From NCBI RefSeq assembly GCF_001949145.1, contig NW_019091357.1:562671-626670 (forward strand): 64,000 bases of DNA. Reading direction: 5' to 3'. This stretch comes from Acanthaster planci (lineage: Eukaryota). This document shows positions 38,971 to 53,200 of this stretch, one piece after another. The notes under the pieces were generated by a model. The model saw only the letters and a program-made list of their open reading frames with translations. It was not told the origin of the DNA and did no database searches. The translations under genes were made by a program, and so were the position numbers. Position 1 is the first letter of the stretch; each line of letters begins with the position of its first letter.

Positions 38971-41900
38971 ATGTCTGCGCCCATGGCGGTCTTTAGGCAG
39001 TTGCATACTCCTTTGAAAAATTTAAGATTTGTCCCATTTATTCAAATCATTGAAACAAAAAGACACTATTGTCATAATGAAAAAGCACAGGCTCTCATTT
39101 ATGGGGACTATGGAGATCCTGTAAAAGTTTTAAAGTGAGTAGTTTTAATGTTTTATTTTTTTCACGTAAATTTTGATGAGCTGATGACGGTGATCATGGA
39201 TGGTGTTTGAACATGATAATCCATCACCACTGATCATGATCATGTCTATCAATCGTCAATGTGTTGGCCTACTTAAACAACCGTCTGGCTATGCCGATCC
39301 TGGTAAAAACTTGGCTGTGTTTATTTTCATGATTTTAGGCCGCATTTAAATTTACGACTGGTCCACTAGACCTAGGCTACGTGTCATTAGAAATCAATTC
39401 TCTCCATATCCCATCGAGCTATATGTAGGGCTAGGAATTTCACCATCTGACCATAAATCATATACTTATGACTTTTGGCTGAGGGGCTTACATTTTCATG
39501 GGTTGGAGAACATGGAGAAGTGAATTTTGGACAGAAAATCACTGACATGACTGATAAAACATAGTAATAATCATGAACATATGACTGTATGATAAAGAAA
39601 GGGCACAACCTAGGTGTCCTTAAGGTAATAATTACCTTTATGATTCTTGGGTAATTCCAGAAATTAGGGGTCCAAAAGTGTCATGGAAATATCACTTGAA
39701 TTGATTTCAAACTATTACTATTTGTTTGGCAGGTAATTTGCATTAATTTGTCTCTCTTGGAAATTAGTAAATTTGTTCTGAACTTATAAAATCACGTCAG
39801 ATGTGACAGGGACATGAAACAATGGACCCCTAATTTCGGGAATTACCCTCTTTTGAAGATTGACAGAGATAGAGCTACCACCTCTTGATTCTACTTCTGT
39901 GAAGATTAAGATGCTTGCTTCTCCCATCAATCCAGCTGATATCAACACAATTCAAGGTGATGATAGAGATCCCAGGGAATTGAACTGTTGATATTTGGAA
40001 ATGTCTGTGTCATTTTATTTACAATGTTTGTGACATGCATACCACCAGAATAAAATGCCTACTTTTTAGAAAGTTTTACATGTACCCATGAAGACCCATA
40101 AATTGCACGCACACATCGAAGTTTGATAAGAGGATCTATGCCAATTTGATGAAAGGGGCCTATGAAGGCCAGCAACCATAAGGGGACCTGTAAATTCCTG
40201 TGAAAGATTTAGTAGTTTTCTATCCTCACAAAGATTAAATTTTTATCATTGTTTCTTCCAATTTTTCTAAACAGTGAAATGCACTTTGGGAAGGAATAAG
40301 TGAATTATTAAAATTGAAACGAAAAAAAACCCAAAAGAGGAACAGAGTTTTGAAGTAATTTTCATTTCATGACATCATCTCTCTTCACCGAATGGTTCAA
40401 CATGTAGGCGTTTATCCAATCAAACCTGACCTTCCGTGTGTTGGAGGATTTGAGGGTGTGGGAGAGGTCACTGAGGTTGGAGGTCATGTCACGGAGGTCA
40501 AACCTGGAGACAGAATCATTCCAGCAATGAGCACATTAGGTCAGTGAGGTTAATTTGATTTTGAATAAAGGAATAAATATGTGCTCGGCTGGTCTTAACT
40601 CTGCGTTTAAGACCGGCTCAGGAGAATGGATGCACATAATGCATTATCAGCTTTCGGTCACCTGAGCAAGGTCTTAAACGTTAGTTTAGGACCGGCCAAG
40701 CTCATATTTATTCCCATTCATAAATACCTTTTTATTCACAGAGTCAAAAAAGTCAACTTATGATGGATTTCCAATGATTTCGTTCTAAAACTTTACTTTC
40801 ATTTTCCCAAACACCCCTGTCCATTTTATGGTATATTCCTTTTGAAAGTTGTCCAATAGAGTCCCCGTCAATGAACTTGGCATAGGTGAATTAAATTATC
40901 ACAGGGAATCAACCTGATGGTGTTAAGATTTTTCCATGGAAACTTGCTGATATAAATTGTATTCAAAGGCAAAACTTGATGAATTTTCCCCTGTGACTTG
41001 TACAGACGTCTCAAACTGTCTCATTTATTCTCCCTTGATGTTGAGAAAGCATAGTGCCCTCTGTTGGTTGGCTTTTCAGTTCCAGAATTGTGTCTTGATT
41101 TCTTTATCAAGGGACATGGCGAAGTCATCTTGTCTGTCCTGTCAATCACGTGATGTCAGTGCCTCGAGACACACCCACTTTGATTGCTGCCACTTTTAAA
41201 GTCAACACCTGCACGGCGTATCGCATGCTGTCTGACTTCGTAGAATTACAACCAGGTAAATTTTAGAATGGTATCCAGATATATTAGTAAATTTTCAGAT
41301 CAATTTCTTCCTTCTTTGGAAGAATGGACATTTCTGACTGCTGACAAAGTGCTAAGTATGCTTTTTCAGCTGCTTAGTGACTTTTTGTGTAGCTCTTGTG
41401 TCTTTAATATCAGTTGCTCAATGCTTAACTGGTATACTGCCCTCTGGAGCTGTGTTTCAGTTAGTCCCTTTTTTCTGTCTTTTCACCTCACTACATGAAT
41501 GAGGTGTTGACACTCTGCTAAGGAGGATTTTTCTTTACCACTGATGCAAATTAGTGTATGATGAGCTGTGTATAATTTCTGCCTCTTGAATATAAGGCAG
41601 TTAAAATATAAATTGGTGAATTTTTCAAGAAACCTTTTTAGTAAAGGTCGTTTGCTGTTAACTCCTGTCTGATGTTTTGCAAAGCCAGAAGCCTTTTTTC
41701 TAATCGTTTCTTCTTGGTACCTGTAGGTAATTGTATAATTCAAAATGCAGCAAACAGCGGGGCTGGTCAAGCAGTCATTCAGATCGCTGCAGCACGAGGG
41801 TTGAAGACAATAAACATAGTAAGAGACAGGTACGATATTGTGGAAACTTAAGCTCAAATAAATAGGAAATATATTCCATTAATCAGACTGATACAGTTAT

Positions 41901-43177
41901 CAGTCTTTGTGTTTAACTTGTTTCCCAAAAGTTATTCAATTCCTTTTTTCCTTTCTTTATAAAGTAATGAATCATCTGTTTTGTTCACCAGGCCAAACCT
42001 AGAGGAATTAAAATCATTTTTACAAGATCTGGGAGCAACAACTGTGGTCACAGAAGAATCCCTACGTGGACCAGATTCACATATTCTCAAAGTAAGAGTC
42101 ACATTCCAATCAGCAACGTCAAAAATCAACATCAAAATCGACCCACCTTCCACTGTTAACAGTTTATCAGTTTGTTGTTTGCCAATCAGTGCTTTGAAGA
42201 CTCAAGACAAAGTTGAGAGTATCCCCTTTCTGTTGTCGTCTTCTAGGAAATGCCCAAGCCAAAGCTTGCCTTGAATGCTGTTGGTGGGAAAAGTGCAATC
42301 ATTGCACTGGTCAAAGCTCTGGAGTAAGTCTGGAATTCTTTTAATGTCTAATTATACAAAGTGAATTGAGAGAAGTAAAGGATGGACCCTGTGAACTGGC
42401 ATTGAAATCAGAATACTTTATCAGCACCAGTATGGGGTATAATCTGACTTTTGTCAAAATATGCTTCATCTGAAGCAGCAACGCCTGAAACCTGAAGAGA
42501 ATAACTGTTGATAGAGAATTCTATCCTCCAAATAATTTACAGTTGTGAATTGTTAATATTCTGAAATGGTTGCATGCTTAAAAGATTGCTGATTTATGCA
42601 GACATTTTACTTTGACCAGTAACCATGGGACAGTTGTCACTTACGGAGGGATGTCCAAGCAGCCAGTCATTGTCCCCACTGGCTCATTAATATTCAACGA
42701 CCTTAAATTTGTCGGCTATTGGATGTCCAGGTGGCATGAGAGGACAGCAAAGAGTAAGTAACCAATTATAGCTCTCTGTCAAAGACTTATAAATATTCAT
42801 CTCACCAAATCTGATACATGAAACTATTAGAAAACCAGATCACTTGAGAGCAATATAAACAGTGGGTTGCCTGTTGTAGTGAAGGTCTTCACTTATCTTG
42901 GATTATCTGTGATGTTGTGATAGTCCGTAATCTGTGACGTTCTTTATCTGTACTTGTGTCATACATGGAGTTCTTGTCCTTGGTCTGAATCTATAAATTG
43001 ACTTTACCAGGTGAAGAAACCAAGAGAATGATCACACAAATCTGTCAGTGGGGCATTGCTGGCCAACTCAAGGCACCACGACATAGACTGGTTCCCCTGT
43101 CTGAGTATGCTTCAGCCGTCGATGCAGCTCAACAGCCGTATGTCTCACAGAAGCAAATCTTTACCTTTGAGACCTGA
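38971..43177 (+). CDS. MECR: Mitochondrial trans-2-enoyl-CoA/ACP reductase, 9 exons
   Basis: Exons 38971-39134, 39859-39956, 40408-40539, 41112-41255, 41727-41829, 41992-42091, 42247-42323, 42620-42753 and 43011-43177. Basic presequence-like N-terminus, [77 protein letters not shown] and KQIF. Confidence 0.95.
39649..39848. mobile_element. 200-bp MITE with 26-bp TIRs and 4-bp TSD (Sola2-like by termini)
   Basis: Left TIR GGGTAATTCCAGAAATTAGGGGTCCA and right TIR TGGACCCCTAATTTCGGGAATTACCC match 25/26. TCTT flanks both sides, and a second copy sits at 29813-29987. The superfamily is inferred only from the GRG terminus plus 4-bp TSD. Confidence 0.88.
40570..40714. mobile_element. 145-bp foldback MITE with ~54-bp inverted arms in MECR intron 3
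   Basis: ggaataaatatgtgctcggctggtcttaactctgcgtttaagaccggctcagg versus the reverse complement of the right arm, ggaataaatatgagcttggccggtcctaaactaacgtttaagaccttgctcagg. Confidence 0.85.
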
Positions 43178-46100
43178 GACGCGTCAAAGGTAAAAACTGA
43201 AATATTAGAACAATTGTTAGAGTACCCACAAAAAGGAGCGTGCTCACCAGTAGACTTGATAAACTGCTGGTTGCATTTCTCGTTAACTACATGTATATCT
43301 TGTGCATTGTAACTTTGGGAGTCAAGGGATGGAATGTCCGACCCTTGTATATTACCGGAGTGAGTCAGCTCATTTTGGTTAGTTTGGTACAATAGCAGTA
43401 GCGGATCAAGCAGTGATTAACCAATGGTTGTAGTCCGGAATTAACTTTGCTTTACGTAGATCCAAGGCAGTTGTAAGAACTGGCAGTTTTCATTCTTTGT
43501 CAGCTAAATTGGAATGGACTTTGAGAAACTGAGACTTGGGCTCTAGTTTGAAACCAAGTAATACCAAGAAACACTCAACTTTAGTCAAAATTCAATACCA
43601 ACATGTTTTTATTCTTGGTGACTTTACAATAATAAATACATGTTGAATTATGAAGTGAAATATTCTCTCAAAGAAATGTGCATATTAAATAAATAACGTG
43701 AACAACTTCTACACATAACTGATAAATAGAGATCCTTATTAACTCATATTCACATAGATTGGTTTGTCCAAGAAAAACAAAACAAAATCACTCCTATTTC
43801 TGTCTTCTTTAATACTACAACTTTTTTGTAAAGATCTTTCATAAAATTAATGCTCAAATCTTGTAGTAATTTTCTTTTTAAAATTTTGTACAAAACCCCC
43901 ACAAAAGTCATAGCAAAAATGTCAAAAAAGTGGAAACGGTAAATGTTTGCGAACATGCAAGGCTAACTCGTTATCATTGTTTAAAAACTTTCAGAAGAGT
44001 CGAACTAAAATTTCAGAACTTTGAGTTGACAAATAAATGAAAACAAAATCGTCAAACTGACCAAAATATGAAGTCTGCACTTTGGAAAATGACAAAACTT
44101 TTTTCAACATGAAAAATCCCTTTAAATATAACAGCAGTGAAATAAATTTACAGTTTACAATACTTACTCACACAGTTCTGTAATATCAAAAATCTACAGT
44201 TTTTCATTCATAAGTCGAAAAAAGTCATTTCTTTTCTTTGGGCATGGGACTAACTGTAACCTTAAATAGTCACAAAGACAAACGTCATTTTGTCTTGTCT
44301 CTTTTCAACAACTTACACTTTAAGTTCTTAATGATTAAATTGTTACAGAATGTGGAACTTTTTCTAACATTTTCACAAGTGTATTGGCAAAAATGATCCA
44401 TCAAAGATGAATCTTACATAATGCAATGCAAAGTTGTGAATTTTATGGTAACCATTTACTACCAGTTAGTGTTATCGTCATTCATGTTGAGCAACGGAAA
44501 TTGTCATGAGTAGTTTCAAATTTACTGCCCACTAAATTGAGGGACTCCTGTAGACTTATCGCCGCTGCAAATTTTATTATTTTTTGCTTTTTTTTTCTCT
44601 TGGTTCTTAAAGGCATGCGGGGCCATTCCTTATGTGACTGCGGAGAAAAACAGGCTCAAAAGTGACAAATGTGAATGAAAAATGACCAGGTCACTGTTAC
44701 ATTTTCACTGAGTCCTTTTTGGGCAAGACTGGATCTGTTTGACCACAAATTGATGACTTTCATGTGCCTTCCATTTGTTCCGAGCATGCACAATAAATAC
44801 TGTTGTTGCCAGGCAACAATGTTGCCTGGACGACATAATAAATGCAAGATGGCTACTGTGTAGATGGAGGGGATTTTATTCATCAAATTCACAATGTAAC
44901 AAAAGTAAAAAGCAAGAGGCAAATTAATTTTTGATGGTAAACCTTAAAGGAGTTTTTGACCTAAATGCAACATTTAGAATCTGGGAAAAAGAAGTGACAT
45001 GAACAAAACTGAACTTTGATAAACAGAGCTTTGTTTTTTCACCCCAGCCATGGATACAACCTCTGTTGTACTTTTTTTTTTCTTTACAAAATTGGTAATA
45101 ACCATCCTATGTTGCAAATGTTCCCCCTACAGCACATCATACAAATTACTTTACAAAATAGTGCCTTTGTGCTTTCTTTGAAAACTAGCGTGATTCTCAA
45201 AGTGAACAAGACAAAAACTCTTGTATCAAATTTTTTCTGAAAGTCGTCATCGTCGTCTGTACAAATGTTTACAACTCCTAAAAGTACCTTGCTTAGAGAA
45301 AAATAGGACATTTTCCTTGTACTCTTGCCTTGCGGTGTTATAAAAAAATGTAAATGACCTAATCTACAAATCTGAAACCAATACAGCCGAGCACACTTAA
45401 TGCTTGGAGTATCATGCGTTTCCTTTCAACTACAACGGATTTCCTGTTTAATTTGACTGCATTTCCAAAAACCAAACTGCAAAACCATATGTGAAACAAA
45501 TGTTATCCATGTTTCCAAAGCTTCATGGAAAATGCAGTCAACAGTTGCACAAACTGCCGGCCCTGTAGCATGGATACTTTCTACAGTGTTTCCATGGCAA
45601 CCCAACACCTGAGACTATATATATGAGTATTGCACAGATGGGAAAAATTTGCAACCAAAAATAAATTACTAACGTTTATGCTATATTAATACTGCAAAAA
45701 CTTTGCGTTGGCTGAAAAAAAATCTGGAGTTGTGCTTGATAATTTTCCTTTTTAACAGCCAATTCCACTACTTAATAGTGACATTTTTATTTCAAGGTCT
45801 GCACATATTTTTTCCAGTAAATGTAAGTGCATTGCAGACAGTCTTTCTTTGTACAGAAGTAATAGTTGGTACAAATAACCTTACAGTTGGTGTCCTAAAT
45901 CTGCACGTTCATTTGTGCCGAAATATGTTCAGCAAAAAAAATCAAATTAGATATCATTTCAGTGTGTGTTTAAGAGGCATTGTTAAACTGGTAATAAAAA
46001 AGAAATGTTTGAAATCTCTTTTTAATATGCTGATTGTCCATAGCTTGTTTTATGTGCACATTTACATCTTGATGGAACATGTTGACCAAATGATAAATGT

Positions 46101-47218
46101 GCTAAATAATAGCACTCAGTACTTTGGCTCAAAAAAATCCAGAAACTTGTCAGGTGGTTGTAGCAGTTATTGAAAAGAAGTGTTCAGTGATAAAAATGGC
46201 TTCAAAATCTAAGATTCAATGACTGAGAAACAATGGAACTCAAAGACTGTGTCAAGATGTTTGCAGAAAGAAAACCGACAAATCCTTGTAATTTTGTCAA
46301 TCGTTGCTCACAGCAGTTTCTCGGTATTTCAAATCTGTCTCAGAGTTCTCCAACGTATTGCACCTGCATGAGTTTTGGCACACGTGACTGCTACTTCTTT
46401 CACTGTAGCTTCTTTCAATTTAAAGAAATGCACTACTTTATAAAGCCATGAAAACACAATATGCGTGAACTTAAATCTCATCATCAAAAGGAAAAACTCT
46501 AGAAAAGGAGTTGACTGTATATAAACATAAATATTTTCTGAAAAAAGAAAACCTGATACCTATGTGAATTCTTCTACTTGAGTCAGATTAAATGCTGGTT
46601 TTTTTTTAATCTTTGGGCAAGAGAACGAAAAATCAAATACCATTACAACAAATAATACGATGTTTTAAATAGTAAATATAATATCAATACACATGTAATA
46701 ACTTACTGTTTGTAATGCGGAATAAATTTGTTAAAGATCTGTACCTTTAATTAAATGTTGAACGTGTTACAGAAAGAAAAATATAAAGAAAGCAAAACAC
46801 CCTGACTTGTTATCGCTCCGTCATTCTGCACAGACTCAATATGAGGCCAACACCACATCTACAGCCATATTGGAAGTTTCAATTTTGTGTTTAAGAACAT
46901 TTAACGCCCCAAGAGATTGCCATGGATACCGTATTAAAATATCTATCCCTCCTCCAAAATGAAGCAATCCCCACCCGCAAGTGGGTAGATACGTACATAC
47001 TTACAAGCACGTCAACTCAAAACATGAGCCAGTGACTTTATAAATGAAACTGATAAGATGCAAGTGAAATATTAATAAGGCGTAACAGGACAAACCTTCA
47101 CCCCTAAAAACAGGAATGCTGGGCTTGGGTCTTCAATTCAATCCAAGCCCAAGGGTTGCGTTGTCTATCTCCTCCCTGTAGTCCATCCTTTCTACTGCTC
47201 ACCCTGGAATCTCTTCTT

Positions 47219-50200
47219 TCAATTCAGCTGCAAGAGCATCTGTTCTAGTTCCTCGGCTGATCGGTACAGGAATGCTGCCGACTCACGATAGCTGGTAATC
47301 AGCTGTCGGATATTGGCAATCTCTGTAGGGCTCAGCTGAGGCTTTGAAGGCAACTTTTTAACACTCAAGTCTGTAGGGCCTGAAGATCGGGTGGTGAAGA
47401 AAGAACCTTGTCAGTCATTACGAAATTCAACAAAGGAGGCCAGTTGGAACTAAGAGGGAACATGTGCTTAATGAGGATAACATGGTAGATTTGGGTCTAA
47501 TCTGGATTAGTTCTAGAACTATTTAGCCACTTGCCATTTGACATCTGTGCATGTTGAGAAGGTTGTATCATGTGCTGTGGTTGATGCGGCGCAATACTTC
47601 CGTAGTAAGGATCGTGTGAGCTCACACCATTGGCGAAACGGTAGTCCACAGGCCGTGGGGAGGCATGCTTTGGCGACTCCTCATATGTGACGCGAGATGG
47701 TGGCGTTGGCTGTGACTGATGGGGTGACGTTTCCATCCGCACCTCGTTCTACAACAACCAAGAAAAAAAAGTACAAATTAGAATCTTCCAACTGTTTCTC
47801 ATAAGTGGAGTGCAATCTGCAGTCAATGTGTCTTCAACACTACCTGAGAACCTGTACTATTCGCCTGTTTCTCCAAGTCTTTCCCTGCAACTTCCAAGTC
47901 CAAGTATTTCTTCATCATCGTTCTTTTGGATGAAGAGCTTCCTTGTGCAATCTCTGAGGGTGTTCTCTCTATAAATAAATTTCTGAGAATAACTACAGAG
48001 ATTCGAGTCAGAAAGCCGTGCCAGTGAGGTTTTTGAGGTTTCCCCCTGCGACACCTCCCTGGCCAACAGGACTATGTCTTATATGCCAACCCTCCCATGT
48101 ACGACTGTATAAAGGTACAGTCTCACTCATCTCCGCAAGCAGATGAGTTCTGCATGATGATTAATATTTCCTCCGTTGAAGACTTATTGTCTTAATGCTA
48201 ATCACGGCACAGGATTAGTTACAAGCACATCCATTTGAGTCATAATGCTAAAAAGCTTGGCTTGATGTCATTAATGCTTCCGCGATCTGGGGCAGAGAAT
48301 AGAATTACAACATGCCATGCTTTCCCTCAGGTGACTTTGCATGGAATTTCCATGATTCATCTCTACGCTATTATTTCCGCTCTCCCCTCCTTTCAAAGTC
48401 TCATGAAATTGATACAAGGTTCATAATTTGAATCCTGTCATAACACCTGCCACTTTACTCACACATAAAATTCCCATTCTACCTCTACAGCAGCGCACAG
48501 TTACTGAAGTCACCTCACTGTTTTACTGAGAACAATTCCGTGGTTTCTTACTCAAACTTCATCTTCAATTTCCTCCTCTGGATTTTCTCCAATATGGGAT
48601 CAAGCTGATTTTTTTCCAAGAATTGTAGGTTCAATACCCACAAATTACAGACACAAATAATGGAGTAAATGCACACAGTGAAATCCACTGTGGATCTCAA
48701 ATAATTTTGACTGAAATTTCCTGATATTTCCTGATTAATTAATAGAGAAATAAGTTGTTCTAGGGTGTCAGTGTTTAATGGAAAACACTGGTAGTGAAAG
48801 AAAAATGATCATCATGTATTCTTGACTTCAAACCTAAGATGTGCCTCTCTCGAATGAGAGGATGTCTGAATAGGCACACTAGCTCATTAATTCAACAAAC
48901 CAATTAGACATGTTCAGGTGGTTTCTCTCTATACATGAATACTTCATTAATCAATCAAACACTTCCGCTTATTTCCCCCAGCACTGAGTGAAAACGTGGA
49001 GAAAATTTAGATGTCTTGTTGTGTGAGATGTTAGTAGCGTAAGTACCCTAATGCGCAGAACTTGGGATCTTATGGTTAGTTTGGGGAACTTATATCTCTT
49101 CTTAGAGTTGCTTGCCTGACACTTCGCCTTAGTGGGACAATCACTTTTTTTTTATGATACCGTAGTTATTCCTTGAATGTGACAGCTTTTCAGGATGTTA
49201 TTTGCAATTTAAATATTCATAGCGCTGACAAATTTTGAGATTTGGTGAAATTCTCTTTGTTCTATCCAGAATCTTCTCTTTTGTTTTGGTAATTGTGGAG
49301 TTGACTGACCTCTTTCTACCTTTGGCAATGGAAAGCGTTACAGGTGAATGACTTAAAGTCCCAATTTGCGGACAGAGGTCAACGCCTTGATGTTCTCAAG
49401 CAGCATGTCAGAGTACACTGCTCTATTCATTCATCACGTCCAGTCACAGACTACGTTTGGTGGGCGAATTTGCTCTTCCCCTCCGCCCGTCCGACACCTC
49501 ACACAGACAAATGCCAGCATTTACCGGCGCGACCCGGTGGTCCATGGTCGCGTCACAGGAAATACCCTTAATTTTGAGATTCGCGAGAGCCGTGCCGATA
49601 CAGGAAGGGGTTCCAATTAACGGGGGAAATGATGGCGCAGTGTGACACAATGCCATGGTTCCTTGTAAGGATTGGGGGAGGGGGTTACACGGGGTACAGG
49701 TGAGGCGTCAGCTATGACTGGTATCCTTCATCTGACAACCTTTGACGCAGCATACAACTTGAAGAGTTGGTGAGCACTTTTCAAATCTTAGTCTTCCCTT
49801 GCAGTAGGCAGTGTCAATGTGACAACAAACCGATGCCTACTTACAATCCCAGGGTGCCTTGTGATTAAAGCTTACACATCGAGGAACATGACAGACACTT
49901 AAACACGAACAACATTCACTATATTCCCAGCTGAGAAATGACTGACCCTATGTTAGACTGCTTTGAGGAAAGATTTCAAAATCATGACGGCAAGTTTCCC
50001 AAAATAAATTAATTCAGAAATCTAATGAATTCACCATCAATATCACATCAAATTGAAAGGCAGCTGCCTATTCTGCGACACTTCACAACTTAAAACCAGC
50101 ACAATCAATGAAATGAGAGGGACTGCCATCTTACCGTGTGTCCAGCTTGCATAAGCTCCATTCGTAATCTCTTAGCGTTCTCGCTTTCACTTTCACATGC

Positions 50201-53200
50201 CGCTGCAAGGATCTGCTCTGCTCTGGCCGAGGTCAAATGAGGTGGTGTGGGACGCATCGACTGTTGACAAAAAACAGACAAAGGATTTTCATGTAAAAGA
50301 GTGGAGCGATTGGGAATCTCAAGGGAATTAACATTGGTCATAAAAGTAGAGAGCACTGATTTGAAGAAAGAACCATAGAACGTTATCCGCCCCAAGCTGA
50401 AGTGCACCCCGAATCGACAAAAAGAAAGACAGGTGGTTACAAGCCGGTTCTTTGCACGCGTTCTGTGTGTACGCAAAGACCATGCATGCTGGGGTAAATT
50501 AGTTACGCATACTCAGTATGGGCGCGCCTATGCGGTGGGTACCAAAATCACACGCCCTATTTTGTTCTGCTTGGAGCGGATACATTTATGGACGGAGCTC
50601 CATAGATGAGTTATGCATGTATTAGATCATAAAAAGCAAGATATAAGACGGAGAGCTTCCCCCCACCTTTGTGTTGGTCATTGTTTGATCGGAATCTCAG
50701 GAATTCTTTTCAGACATCTAGGGGGAATGTGTTAGGTAACAATACTCCCAGGCGTGTATAGGGATTGAACATGTGGAGGGGGTACTCCGTCCCATATCTA
50801 GATTAGATGGCTAACATTAGTGTGAGAATAGAAACACTAAATGAAAAATAAAGATGAGAAGGATAATGCTGCCAGCAAAATTCAATACTACGTGACCTCA
50901 CATGGTTATTGAAAGAGCGCCCCCAATGAACAATGCCTATAGCAAATGGCCTGTAGTGCTCAAATTAGTGCAAAACTGGACAGCACAAGAGACACCATGC
51001 ACCGATCAACACGACAAGACACACACAGAAAGAGAGAAAGAGAAATGGGTGATTTACATTTTGGGTGCGTACCGAGTCAAGCCCATTCTGGTCCCGATGA
51101 CGCTTCATTCGACGACAGGACTTGAGGTAGGTACGGATGCGTTTGCGGGCCCTCTCATGGAACTCGGGAAATTGGCGGTAGCAGGCCTCGATGATAGCTT
51201 GGATTTTTTCCTTGGGCTGTTTGGAGATGGGTACCATTCGGTCCAGGTTCTCATCGATGAAGAGACGAACAAACATCTGTGAAGGAGAGAGAAGTGGAAT
51301 TCTGTGGCCATGTGGTATGATGCTCCAAACTCAGAATTGGGTCAAGTTGCAGGGTGTGAGTTTAAATCCAACCTGTGTAGTTGATTTGAAAATATCCTAA
51401 GACGACATTGCTTCTCCATCCAAAACTGGAATAGGTACCAGTGATCAGGGCAGAAATGGTTGCGTTTAATATCCCTGAGCTCTAAAAACCCTCAGGGATG
51501 TGAGAAAGCCCAAAGGAGGAATTACAGGTGCTATGAACAGGGGTAATAACATTGTGCCTTAAGCTGTCCAAAGTCCCACATAAACACCTGTTATTGTTCA
51601 TTTAGTGCTTCACTGAAAGCATAATTCTCCTTTTCACTCCCACAACCCACAAATCCCGTCCATACAGGTAGGCTGCGGAGGAGGGGGTGGAGTTGAAAGG
51701 ATATAAATCCAATATCCTTTCTTTAGCTTGACGTCAACAATATGAGTCAATCTCTTGTATCAGATTGTGAAATCACATTTTATTTGCCATTTGTTGGGTT
51801 TGAAATAAACAGTCCGGTTTGGGCACTTGATGTAACATCTGGAAGGAATGAAATGGGGAAATTTGAATTACACCTGATAGTTGGATTTGATGTTGAGCAT
51901 GGTTACGTTTTTATTGATTTTTAAGTGGACTCATCACTGTATTTGACACAGTACTAGCCCCCAAGGACCACTGACAAATACCACGGAGGAAAAACATAAG
52001 CCTCACCCTTCTCTATCAAGGTTACCTCTCTTCAGATGAAGAGAAAGGGAACCTGGCTCAAAGACCGGTTTTGTGGATTCAAAGTACTACTTAAAGGTAG
52101 CAGTGTACAGATGCTGGGATGACCTTTACAGATTGATTTACTGACTAAGAATTTCCTGGGTGAGTTTGGTGCAATGAACAGTGTAGCTGAAACCACTGTG
52201 CCAATGAACCAGACTTAGCCTATTATCTGTATAATACGTTAATAATATCACTCAAAGAACTGAAGTCCAAAAAAACAGAAAGATGTCTCTGTGTATCACT
52301 CAGATCAGCAGTTGGATTCAATTTTGATCTAAAGTTGTGAAGCCATTTCTGTATTTTATCAGTGATCCTGTCATTAAGATGCTTCGACTTGGAGGAATCA
52401 AACAAGCTCCAGCAAGTCAGTTAAACTGTCTTTATGTGCCACCTTTCCCTTTTTCTTTGGAGATGTCAAAGGTCAAGAGGCAAAAACGTGTCATCAAACA
52501 TTATTTCTCACATTTCCCGTGCATTCTCCCACCGATGTGACAGGATTCTATGGCAGGGTTATGGTTCCCTGCTGAGGCAGGTTTCATCTCATACAGATAC
52601 AGAACAGGCCACAGCCTCAGGACTGACTGAGAATCAGCCATGAGGGAACCATTTCAACATCTTAACCCTTTCTGTCGTTACTTTCTGTTTCTCCTGTTGT
52701 TTTCTTCTGTGTTCCTGGTGTGTTTCATCAAGAGTCCTTACCTCTTCCTTGTTTTACATCTGGAAGGAATCTCTAAAGGAAGTTTTACTCATTCACCACA
52801 GCAAGCTATGTGTAATCTTATTGTACTCTGCAATGTCATAATCTGACTGGTCTTGCCAAGTGTTTGTTTTTTATTTGCAGTTGAGAGGAACGGATGCTAT
52901 TGGGTGTAACAAACATCAATTTTAACACCTTGAATAAACTTTTTAAAGGTCTATCTTACTCATTTGGGAATGCATGGAAAATACTGTCACCAAACAGTTC
53001 CTTCTTTGTAATAGTTGAGATAGACAGGGAAATGTTGTAAATAATGAAGCTGTTGACATGTAATGTTCATGGGATGTTACTTTGTAGGCGTCACCAGGTG
53101 GCCGAAAATCACCTTACATTGCAGCAAATACTCCTGTTCTGGATTACATTTTTTCATATCAATCAAATGATTCACTAATTACTGATGGGTTTCTCTTGAC

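Noticed and set aside
47844..47970. Possible cassette exon in NOL4 (open frame [22 protein letters not shown]...)
   Set aside because: The best acceptor gives a frame with a stop, and the open frame needs a weak GAG acceptor. Unsupported without RNA data.
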